Assembly (NCBI RefSeq): GCF_018977255.1
Contig: NW_024704742.1
Location: 127,906,001-127,970,000 of the forward strand
Reading direction: 5' to 3'
Length of the DNA stretch: 64,000 nucleotides
Source: Callorhinchus milii
Lineage: Eukaryota
In this document: positions 53,251 through 64,000 of the stretch, in pieces
Layout of the letters: the number at the start of each line of letters is the position of its first letter
How positions within the stretch are numbered: the first letter of the stretch is position 1
Notes under the pieces: model-generated
Told to the model about the DNA's origin: nothing
Seen by the model: only the letters and a program-made list of their open reading frames with translations
Databases searched by the model: none
Program-made: the position numbers and the translations under genes

Positions 53251-53999
53251 AGTACAGGTGTTGTAGACCGGAAAATATTCAACTCTGGACCCAAATTCTC
53301 ACTTGTACTTGGAGGAATTGGAGGCTGCAACTGCTGGTCCTTTTACACTTCCGATTGGTGTCTGAGCTACTTGAACATACAGTTTACCTTACTCCATCCT
53401 CATGTTGAACAAGTGTGATGTATACATGCCAAATTCCCAGTGCTCCACATGACAGTCTCACATCCAGTCCAGGTCAAAAGGTGCCAGATGCAACCAGACA
53501 TCCTTCATCCAGTCTTCCACAACTCAAACAAAACTTGGGAACCTCACACTTCAGTCAGCGAGCCAGTAGCACTCAGTTTCACTGACATGCATTCTCTGAT
53601 TGACCGCTTCGCACTTCATCTATAGTACCACGAAAAGGCTATTAATGTTTGGCTCTGCAGTAGTGAAATCTACAGGCACAACCCAACGAGTGACCTGTAA
53701 CTCTGGTTAGTGCACTTTGATTATGTACTCACATAACTACAGTTTGTGGATTTGCAGCTTTATTGTGCATCAGCTCTTTTCTTCCAGCAGTGTTTAATGT
53801 GCCCTACCAAGAGACTCGCAAAACATTAATGCTGTGCATTTGCAATGGATATCGTAAACCATTTTTACACTTGCCTGGCGCTGTAATCCAGCTTTGACAT
53901 ATAGATCTATATCTATAAATTGAGCAGAGCTGTATCCTTTACATCAATAGATGTCACTGAAGTGGAAAGATTCTCCCCAGTCACTCCAATACTCATCCC

Positions 54000-54705
54000 T
54001 ACAGTCAGGAAGAGGCTGATTGGCACTGGGGGACAGTTCCAAAGGCACTTCCCACCAGTCAGGCCTTCAAACCAGGTGGATATTCTTCATACTTAATCCC
54101 AGAAAAAGAGTGTAAACATTTTACGCAACCAGTGGGGGCATCAGAGCTGGCCTGACCTGGTCCATTTCAGGCATTCACTCACACCCATTTGCACTCTGGG
54201 GTCCCCAAGACTTGGATCTTGCCAACCTGCTCCTAATACTTCCCGGAATTAGGTAAGCAGGATGCATCCCTCCAGGGAGAGAGTGCGCATTCCATTCCAA
54301 CAATCTATCCCTGCAATTTCCATGTGTATGTACAATGCGTGGAATTCTCAGTTTGTTTTGAATACTCTTGAGCACGGTGATGGGTCTCCACATGTAGCAG
54401 ACATCCAGCTAACCAAAAAAAAACTCACGCCCATTTTGCAGTAAGGGTCACTAGACAGCAGTCAGGAACAAACAAGAAGCTGGGTGAATTTTGCCTCCCT
54501 TAGCAGAGGTGCCAAGGCAAAGCAGCCTACAATATTGACTACATTTTACAGTGAATCCTGTGAAGAGCTTTGAAACGTCCTTGCAACATGAAAAGACCTA
54601 TATTCCATACAAGGATTGTTTTTCATAGAGGTAACTCAGGACAGACTGGAGAGTTCACCTGGGACTTCAGCTGGACTCTATGGCATAGTTTCACTTGAGG
54701 GAGTT
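54000..54705 (-). mobile_element. Old chondrichthyan SINE (possibly LF-SINE-like), host to two later insertions
   Basis: taactcaggacagactggagagttcacctgggacttc..tatggc resembles a decayed minus-strand tRNA head, and gggtcactagacagcagtcaggaac resembles a shark SINE body as I remember it. A SINE tail is inserted at ~54525-54625. Confidence 0.45.
54194..54422 (+). mobile_element. Unnamed poly(A)-tailed retroposon with target-site duplication
   Basis: Flanked by actcacacccatttgca (54177-54193) and actcacgcccattttgca (54423-54440). Confidence 0.88.
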
Positions 54706-55082
54706 TTTTTTTAGCTCTTAATCCTTGTAAATGTTTTGTATCATGTCCCAATAATGGGCGATAATATTATTGCTCTTACTAATCAGCTGCTGATTGTCGC
54801 TAATCCTTCAGCACAGTCACCATCACACGAGTTATATACAGCCGGCTGAATATCAAGGTCTTCCAAGACACCCGCCAGCAGCAATGTCAAATCAAAGAGA
54901 TTACAAGGTGGTAATCTCAGCTCAGGGTTCAGATAACTGCTATAAACTGCTTGAGCTTAACTCTCATGGTTTCTGATATCATTTGAGTTCTTGATGAGAT
55001 TACTGCCATTAAATCACTCCCCCGGTGTCCATCACACACAGTGCAATGCAACCAAACTCTTGGTTAGTGAGGAAAAGAGTCC

Positions 55083-55228
55083 TTTGTGGGACACTGCTGT
55101 GTGAAATCTGCCGCGTTTCGCCCACAAAATGTATAGTCAATTCACTTTACAGAATATTCTCTGAAGCGCTTTGAGACGTATCAAAGATGTGATAAAGCGC
55201 TATATTAAATGCATGGTTTATTATTATT
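55083..55228 (+). mobile_element. SINE 3' fragment
   Basis: tttgtgggacactgctgtg...gcgctatattaaatgcatggtttattatt. Similar + strand tail-only remnants occur at ~9690-9820, 21660-21772, 28860-28955, 38095-38212, 42525-42620 and 45915-46003. Confidence 0.85.
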
Positions 55229-55620
55229 GCTAGAGAGCAGCCAGGAAACACAACAGGAGTCAGGCGAGAAATAAAACTGGGTCAATGATATTGCAGATTA
55301 ACCCTGCACCCACAAACATTTGCAAGTTATATTCCACAATCGTGCACAATTTATCGTTAATAAAATTCACTCCAGATTTATTTGCATGGATGCCTGGTGA
55401 AGCGGGTCAAAAGATGATCAGAGATGGGGTCAAAAAGGAAGGTCTTGAGACAGACCTTGAAATATATCTTTGGTAGCATATGGATAATGGACCATTTGGA
55501 ACCCATGGTGCCTGGTGAAGCGGATCGAAAGATGACCAGTGAATGGCTTTAGTTTTACATCTGTCTATTTAAGGTATGCGTACGGGAATGTATGAGATGG
55601 GACAAGGTAGATGGGACAAG

Positions 55621-56600
55621 ACATGTATGCGGATGACACCCAACTCTATCTTTCTGCCTCCACCCTCAACACAAGGACCACTGCTGTCCTGACAGACTGT
55701 CTGTCGGACATTAAGTCCTGGATGAGGGCAAATTTCCTACAGTTGAACGTGAACAAGACTGAGAGCTTCCTGATTGGCTTGTGCCAGCGCCTCAGCACCT
55801 CAGGCTCTGGCAGCATCAACCTCCATGGTTGCACACTACAACTCACCAAGCCAGTCATGAACCCAGGTGTCTTGCTCGACCCTCAACTGTCTTTTCTTCT
55901 CCACATCCGAGCCATGACCCTCTCTGCCTTCCCTCACCTCTGTAACATCGCCCGACTCCGCCACTACCTCACCCCACAGACCGCTCATGTTCTTGCCTTT
56001 ATCACCTCCAGGCTCGACTATGCAAACGCCCTGCTTGTCGGCATTCCCAACTCTTCCCTCCACAGGCTGCAGATAATCCAGAATTCTGCAGCCCGTGTCC
56101 TCTCCCGCACCAAACTCCGTGACCCCATCTCTCCCATTCTCATCCCACTCCACTGGCTCCCTATCCTTCAGAGGATCCAGTTCAAGATCCTGGTTCCCAC
56201 CTACAAAGCCCTCCATGGCCTCGCTCCACCCTACCTCAGCGACCTCTTAACCCCCTACCAGCCCGCCCGCTCCCTCCGCTCAGCCGGCTCCGGCCTGCTC
56301 CATGTCCCACCCACCCGCCCCACCATTGGCGGGAGAGCCTTCAGTCACTCTGCCCCCAACCTCTGGAATTCCATCCCCCAATCACTCCGCCTCGCCCCCC
56401 TCCTTAACCTCCTTCAAGTCCCGCCTCAAAACCCTCCTCTTCGACCATGCCATCGGCCACCCCCCTTTCCCTCTCCTCCCTTCTCATTCCCTGACCCCAG
56501 CTCGGGTCTGAAATGCTGTACACTGTCCAGCGCCTTGGGACGTCCTCCTGACATGAAAGGTGCTATACAAATGTAATCTTGTGGTTGTTGTAGTAGTAGT
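55621..56600 (+). mobile_element. 5'-truncated L2-clade LINE (ORF2 RT C-terminal half, 3' UTR, (TTG/TAG)n tail)
   Basis: ORF 55611-56576 reads [81 protein letters not shown], the typical L2 ORF2 C-terminus. It frameshifts near the end (SFKSRLKTLLF lies in another frame). A 3' stem-loop and microsatellite tail follow. Confidence 0.95.
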
Positions 56601-57262
56601 AAGAAGACATCCCGTCCCCAATCTCTCAAATAATAATCTTTAATAATCCTTGCCTTTGATACAGGATTTTTCACATCAGAAGGACATCAAATCCTACTTC
56701 TTCGAACGTGCCTATGAAAACCTCCCCTTTTCTCCCTTATTCAGCATCCAACCCCTTGCTTTTAAACTACTCCATAATGTTACCCTACAGGAAGGGAGCT
56801 ATATAAATGCAAGTTGTTGTTGTCTTGAAGTGCTTCACAGCATTTACTATAAAAGTGTAGTGACTGTGTATTTTGTGACAGCAAATTTGCGCACAGCAAT
56901 GTCCCACAAACGCAAGTTGAACAAGGATATATGGAAAAGAATAATACAGGTTTATTATCCAGTAATAATAAAACAGTAAATAGAATGTACTTTGTGCTGT
57001 ACCCAGCGCCTTGGGACGTCCTCACGACGTGAAAGGCATTAGACAAATGTAATGTACTGTTGTTTGTTGTTGCTGTTCGCTGAGATTACAGCATGCAGAG
57101 CAGTGACCTAGAAATCAGGAACATTTGATCTGAGTCACTATGCTTGTTCAGGATGTACAGATACAGATTTGACTCAAATGCCTGAGAGTTCTACTCAAAA
57201 GGTTTAGCCATCAACCACACTACAAACATCCTTCACGAAGATTATGGGAAACTTTATGAAAT

Positions 57263-57343
57263 TACTCACTGCTCTGAATATTGCGAAATCTGAATTGAAT
57301 TGTGAAATCTATCTCACTGATCTGAATGTTGTGAAATCTATCT
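57263..57343 (+). repeat. Local tandem duplication
   Basis: ctcactgctctgaatattgcgaaatct and ctcactgatctgaatgttgtgaaatct, with a partial unit (gaattgtgaaatctat) between them. Confidence 0.75.
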
Positions 57344-59429
57344 GGGGACAATTTTAGTAACAAAATAAATTCCCACATCAACACAAGACCTTATTATATG
57401 TGTTTGAAGAGTATTAGAAATAACGCCTCTTTACAAGAAAGCGATGCAGATCCCTGCGTCGCTACCTTGCCACGCTGTTGAGTTTGCAGCTTTGTACTTT
57501 GTTTGGGAGCTTTTCACATACCCAAGGATCAGATGTGCCTCCAATCAAAACAAATGTGATTAAAAGAAGCCATCAACATATGTCAAGCACTTTGTACAAT
57601 GGAAAAGCCAATGTAAAAGGTCACTGTTCTTTCCACTCTACTACAGTCTGTCCACCAACAATTCATTCCTATATTTTCCCTAATGTGCACAGGCATTCAG
57701 TTTTTCTTTTTAAAAAATACTTTAGAATGCATTCTATGCCAAGAAAAAGAAACATTACTGATGGATACAAGTCCTTCTGTTTCTTTTGAACTCCAAATGT
57801 GCAGAACAATTTAAGAAAAACAGACTTGTTTTTCAGACAGTGCCAGAGCCCTACTTATGCATCACGTAGTGCAATCGCTATTTCTTGCTCTCTTTCTGAT
57901 CGGCATATTTCAGCACCTTTATGATGTTAAACAGGAGGTCATTTCCTTATAAAGCACTCAACCTCACACTTGTTTTATGGAAGGGCACGTGTATTTCATC
58001 AGCCTCAAACCAGCAGCTTCACGCACTCCTAGCTACGAGGAAAGTAAAACCCATTCTATAAAGGTCTGAGCGACAAAATGAAAGAGACAACAATTGCCTT
58101 CGACAGGGCCCAATATTGCGTACTAAACCAACGCTTTGGCAGTACTCCCCTTACCATAAACCTACTGAAAAATCATTTGTATTTTCATTTTTATGTACTC
58201 AACTACATTCACTTGTGTCGGTGTTAATCATACTAAACAGTGCCCTGCCAGAGGCCCCTGCCTGTCCCACTACTAACAAGTCTCTATCTTTCACTCCCCC
58301 ACCCCAGCTCAGCCGGGTGAAGTGTTTTGAGCCGTGAAATGTGTTATACAAAAGTAAACTATTGCCGTTGTTAATTCTATTCTGCATCCTTTGCCAACTC
58401 TAGTGGTAGTTTAGGAAAAGGTGCATGAATTTTTCCCACAGACCAGGCAATTCTTCATGTCATGATGTCAGTGGAGGTCATCAGATCCACAGCAATCACA
58501 TGAGCATGATGTCAGCTTAAGATGCATTGAGAGGGTTGGGTAACCGACCTACAACAAATGACTTAGCCCTGAGAAAACAGTAAACATTTATGACCAATAA
58601 ACAACCCATGTGTAAACACATAAACCCTTTAATAAAAGGATACTTGTCAAGCAAGTATTATTTGTAATTTCCTGAATCAATGGACAGCAACTAGTCAGAG
58701 ACATGTTTACCCACGAGGATATGTACCCGTATTTCTTACATGCCTCGGATCGGAGGGCGACGATTCCCTAACAATTCACTGGAGTTTACATGTAACAGAT
58801 TACTATAGCGATGCCCTGAAATTTGCTGATCGCTTTTACCATAGAGCATCCAATTCACAATAATAATAATAACAATAATAATCCTTGCATTTGATATAGC
58901 GCTTTTCACGTCTTCTAGACGTCTCAAAACGCTTCACAGAATAAAAACAATCTTGTCAACTGGCACAAGTCTCCTCAAGCCTTCAGCCATCCACAGTTGA
59001 GTGGCTCTATCAAGAGTGTGCTGAAAAGCATTTATTTAAAAAAATATATAACATACAGTACCTCTTGATTTTTTTAAACTGCTTTTTAGGTTTTCTCCCC
59101 ACTCAAGACTCCTCTCTCTCTCACAGGTTCAAGTTTTTCCAATGCTGAATTCTACAATTGACATGATGGAGTTCTCCTCTTCCAAGAGTAACATTGGGCC
59201 TTCTAATGATTCACCAGAGCCACTTGGCATTTCATTCTACAAACTGGCTGAAGTGTAAGTTGGATTTGCCCAGAAAGGAGATACCTTCTTTCATGTCAGC
59301 TAAGTCAAGTAGCCTTTTGATCTGAATTCCAGTGCTCCAGTGGAATATATCTTACTGCTTCTTTCTGCTTTCTTCATTTTTCTCCTCTAATTTACATGAG
59401 TTTGCATCACACCTTCCCTTACGATATAA

Positions 59430-60030
59430 TACAATTTACATTTATATAGTGCCTTACACATCAAGTGGACATCTCAAAGCGTTTCACAGAGCCGGGTGGG
59501 GGGGGGGCACCTGAGCTGGGGGTGGGAGCTGAGAGGCGTTAGGGAGGAGAAAGAACAAAAGAGCTGTCAAAGTAGTACATTTGAGATGTACCTTGAAAGA
59601 AGGGAGTGAGGGAGGGAGCAAAACAGGCAAGGAGGGAGTAAGAGGGCCTTTGGGATGGAATTGCAGAGTGCGGGGCAGAACAGAAGTGCTCTTGCACTTT
59701 CAAGAACAGAAAGGGCTACGGGCTCCTACACATCATCCAAAGTCAATGGTGCGCTGCAAATTAGCAGGTAATAGATGTGCTGCCTGTTGGTAAGTGTCAG
59801 AGGTCTCTCCCTCTCCTCCCAAATATAACCATATATCATATGTGTGCAGTCACAAACAAGCACCAAGATTGTGAGATCTCTCAAATCGATTGCATGTGTT
59901 TCAGCTTTCCAATAAGTGTCTTTCCCCTCCCACTCAGCCGCCACCCCCAGCTCAGGTGCCCAACCACTTTTGTCGAGTGCTTTGAGACATCCCCCGACAG
60001 GAAAGGTGCTATATAAATGTAAAGTGTATT
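59430..60030. mobile_element. Two L2 3' ends in inverted orientation (59430-59755 minus; 59905-60025 plus)
   Basis: Both carry the L2 tail (gctatataaatgtaa) and share gggcacctgagctgggggtgg in opposite orientations. Confidence 0.8.
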
Positions 60031-60279
60031 GTGGTGTACAACTAAAGTGGATTGTCAACCAGATCAGCTAAGCTTCAACTCTACAGTGAAGGGTGCATTG
60101 CCTAGCATAGGGGCATTGCCAATGGTACGTTTGAGATGCACCCTGAACAGAAAGGGCTACAAGCTCCCACGTTGCCAATGCCTGGCATAGGTGCAGTGAC
60201 ACAGCCTGAATGGTCCCGGTTAAAAGGAAAGAATCACAAAGTTTGAAGAAGGTTGCCCACCAACCAAGAAACAGCAATC

Positions 60280-60705
60280 ATAACTTGAGAGGACAGAAGA
60301 TGGCCATTCAGTCTATCCTATCTGTGTTGGCACTTTGAAAGGCAATCCATCCTGTCCCATTTACTCGTCTTTTCCCCACTTCATCCCTGCAAATTATTCC
60401 TTTTTAGATATCTATCTAGTTCCCTCCTGAAAGCTAATATGGATTCTGCCTCAACTACCACAACCAGCAGGTCACACTATTAACAACTCTATGTAAAAAC
60501 ATTCCTGCTAACACCCCCCATTGCTCCCTTGCTAACCGTCTTAAATTGATGCCCTCTAGTCACTGACTCACCAACCACTGAACATATTTTCTCCCTATTG
60601 ACTCTACCAAAACCCTTCATCATTTTAAAGAGCTCTATCAGGTCTCCCTTCAACCTCCCCTGTTCCAGTGAAAATAGGCCCAGTTCTTCCAGTCTCTGCC
60701 CATAG
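60280..60705 (-). mobile_element. CR1 LINE 3' end
   Basis: Minus ORF reads YGQRLEELGLFSLEQGRLKGDLIELFKMMKGF..TRGHQFK..RNVFT, the canonical CR1 ORF2 C-terminus, followed by a CR1-type 3' UTR. Confidence 0.92.
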
Positions 60706-61889
60706 ATCAAGTGTGCTTGGCGGAGGGAAGTGTCAAAATGTAAAATGCTGGGGAAATGCTCTGTCACATTGATATACATTGAATTCAATCAATACATATA
60801 TGCAAAATTCAGGCTCTCGTCTCTACAAATGTTTTGCCATAAACAAAACCCAAAGAAGGAACATACACTGAAACTGTAACATCCACCAGCCTGACGGTGT
60901 CATTCTTGATCTACAACAGCAGCAAAGTAAATTCAATTATCAATACTGGCAATCTTTGCACAACAACTCCAACAGGTCAAGAGTCCAAGAATAGCCATAT
61001 GTTGCTCTGCAAGGGGACGATTTAACGCAGGTGATTCTTTTTTCACACGACTCTGAACAAAACAGCAATGTTTTTTCTTGGAGAAATGTCCTTTTGACTT
61101 TTGTGGCACAAATCACATGACAAGACCCACCTGCTGCCTATCTAAAGTCGTGCCTGAAATTTCAGTGAAGCCGGGAGACAGTTTCCTTTTCCACACGCAA
61201 GAGCGGCATGGTCTAGGGTCCTGCGAGTCATATAAATAAATTGGTGACAGGGCCCACTGTGAAGACATGATGGCTGACGAGCAAGATGGTGAACATTTCC
61301 ACTGCTTTTAGAGCTATGGTAAACATATAAGCACAACCAGGCCAGTGTAACACTTTGCCTATAAACCCAACACACTGGAATGTGCAGAACTGAAAAAGAC
61401 CATTTTGGATACCCTGATAAACACTGTACAAGCACCTCTGCTGTGTCCACGTTTAATGATGTACGCATACATTTGCTGAATCTGATTTATCTCACTGGGA
61501 ATCTTTACACGTCCTTGTTTTATTTACTCACGGACTTTCCCATAACTTCTCTTCACAACATGTCTGCACACCTAATCCCTTATGACTATTCATATTCTCT
61601 TCTCGAAGTAAGTCTCTCCAGATACCTTGCCTCTGCCTCATTGCTGACCACTAAGTCATCACTTGTATACTTGCAACATCCATAGCTGATTAGGGACCCA
61701 CTTAGCAATATTGAACGAACCACAATCCTCCTCTCCTTAATCTATATTAGGACTGTACGTTGATACTTTCCTCCTAAGTGTCAGTCCTTATGAACTTTTC
61801 GTTAGGGTACCTGATCGACATTGAGTGGCCTAAAATGCCCCATCTGCAAACAGGAAGGCCCTGTGCTAATTGTGGCTTCTTTTTTGCAG

Positions 61890-62210
61890 CCTACAATTTC
61901 ACAATTCACAAACGGATTCTCTAATAAAATCAGGATCCCAAATCTTTGAAAAAGATCTTCTGGATTCTAGGGTTTTGCTCTCCATTTCCTCTGATTGATT
62001 TGTCGGGCCTTTTTCTTGACCGAGTAACAAACTGAAAGTCAAATGCCAGCCGTGGTCAACAAACCAGAATTTTTGTAGTCACGCAGCTGGCATTTCGCTT
62101 TGAAGTATTCTAAGGCGCGAAAAGTCCAACAAACAGTTCAGAAAGCAAAACGCTAACCTTAAAATATCCTTGTGATGCTGATTTTTTTTAACAGTAAAAT
62201 TGTTAGCGAT
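61890..62210. mobile_element. Decayed palindromic MITE
   Basis: aaatgccagc/gctgggcattt, gttttgct/agcaaaac and aaaatcagga/tgctgatttt are arranged symmetrically around ~62068. Confidence 0.6.
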
Positions 62211-64000
62211 GCCCAATCCAGAAATCTAAATTCCCATGTCGCTCCTGTATCATGTATGAGTGCAACATGCTTCAAACACGCATGCAGGAATGAGCTAACA
62301 GCTGCAGTTATTGGGGGAGGGCCTTATGAAATAAAACTGTAACACATATTTTTTCTATTTTGAAGTAATAAACTGTGAGGCATTTATACAAACTTTTCCT
62401 AGAGCCTTCCTGTAAGCAAGTGTCAACGGGTTTATCAAAACAATCCATGAAGGTACTCAAACCTTTGTCTTTTAGGGTTTATCATTCGAAACACTAACTT
62501 TAAAAACAATCACGCTGTGAGGAGTTGTACAAAACTGACTGAAATTGTGCCATTTCTCCCAAATGTTATAGGATTGAGATTTTATAATCTGCTCTGGCTA
62601 ACACTGACTGGTTCCAATTACTTCCACAACACTGAGCCAAGACACAATAATCTTGATAATGAAATTTTTAGCGATAGGAAGGGATAGAATAGGAGGCAGA
62701 GGGCTTGCAGTTAAAGGGAAAGCATTCTGTTCAATGTATACACTCTCTAATTTCTACAGTTGTTTGAGACTTACCATTTTCACAATTCCCCTGTGCTAAA
62801 CAGAACAGACAGACTAACACAATATGACTCGGCTGAATCCATAACTATGTAACCATTCCACCGCAATTGTGTTTCTAAACCGTGGAATGGCCCCTTTAAG
62901 AAGGGTCAGCAATATTTTCATCAAATGAAAGCTAAGTATTGTAATAAATTGCTTCCATTCTATAAAGATGTTATTCAAGTTTTCACCCAGTTTTCTTTCA
63001 GCAATTTTAAGACTAACTTTTGCACAGTGCAGAGGCAATCTGGTGAATCTCAATGATATACTCTCCCGTGCAAATAAAGTCCTTAGAAAACCCTGGGTAA
63101 TCAAGAAGGTTTACATTGCACTATATCAGAGTTATTGTTTCTATTGTACTGTGGACTCAGATAAGCAATGACATTGCTCTGCCCAGCCAAGCAAGCAAAA
63201 CTGGAAGCTGAATTTTCACTTGTATTCGAACTGACTCTGGTCAAGTTCACTCCAGGTACCACCTAGATAATCAAAACAGCCAGCCCTGTTTACACTACAG
63301 ACACACCAGGGTGCCTTTGATCAGTGATAAAGAAGCAGTGATGGACAGATGCCAGAAGGATGATGTCAGACACACATGATGTCACCTTATTAGCGTCTTG
63401 TGTTGCCAGGCGATACCAATGTTGGCCAAGATTTCATTCTGAAGTGAGGCCCAGAGACCATTGCTGTGCCTCACGATGAGGGTAACAATCACAGGGCTGA
63501 GGAACACAGAAAGGTTTGGACCAACAATTCCATTCTGGAGTGGAACCCGGATCAATTGCCACAGCAACAAAATTGCAAGGCTCAATATAAATGCTAATTT
63601 CACAATATACGCTCAGACTTAAGGCTGATTCCTAACTCCAGATGTTTGGATAGGCGGTGTTCCAATTGCAAAGGATGCCAATTTCCAATAGAACATTCTC
63701 AATACTGATAGAGACCAGAAGCAGAGAATAAGCTGACAAGTCATGAGGGGAGAGGGGATGGGGAGAGGAGGAGAAAAAAACAGCTCAGGTACCAGCTCAA
63801 CACTTCATTAAACAGATGTGCAATGGTTTTACTTAGCTTTCCTCAACTCCCAACTAAACACTTTCTTCTGAGGGGTGTGGGGTGGGGGTGTGAAGGCAAC
63901 CTGCAGTCACCTTTCCCCCATAGCTATGGCTCTGACAGTCAATTATTGTCTTTTGGTAAGAAAATACCATTTTCCTCCAACACGTCAAACATTTTGCTAC

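Noticed and set aside
55611-56576. 321-aa ORF with YADD as a host gene or novel RT system (retron/DGR-like)
   Set aside because: It is an ordinary truncated L2 ORF2 with a terminal frameshift, LINE tail and paralogous decayed copies in the same window.

Overview
Eukaryotic, repeat-rich, essentially non-coding DNA. The repeat complement (tRNA-headed SINEs with (ATT)n tails, Deu-domain SINEs, L2 and CR1 LINE 3' ends, MITEs) looks like a cartilaginous fish, most likely a chimaera/elephant shark; this is an inference from repeat recognition. No host protein-coding gene, RNA gene, CRISPR array or prokaryotic system can be supported. The only recognisable proteins are decayed L2 and CR1 ORF2 C-termini, and almost all other ORF-track entries are chance frames through repeats. 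The window is probably a large intron or gene desert with several repeat-free, enhancer-like blocks. The most notable observations are: (1) a poly(A)-tailed retroposon family I cannot name, with 5 copies and one ~17-bp TSD; (2) all 11 head-bearing young SINEs lie on the minus strand; (3) a young SINE subfamily arose by loss of its central domain and carries a 3' stem-loop matching the local L2; (4) deeply nested insertions and local fold-back events. I did not find a convincing previously undescribed biological system. Repeat boundaries are estimated by eye.
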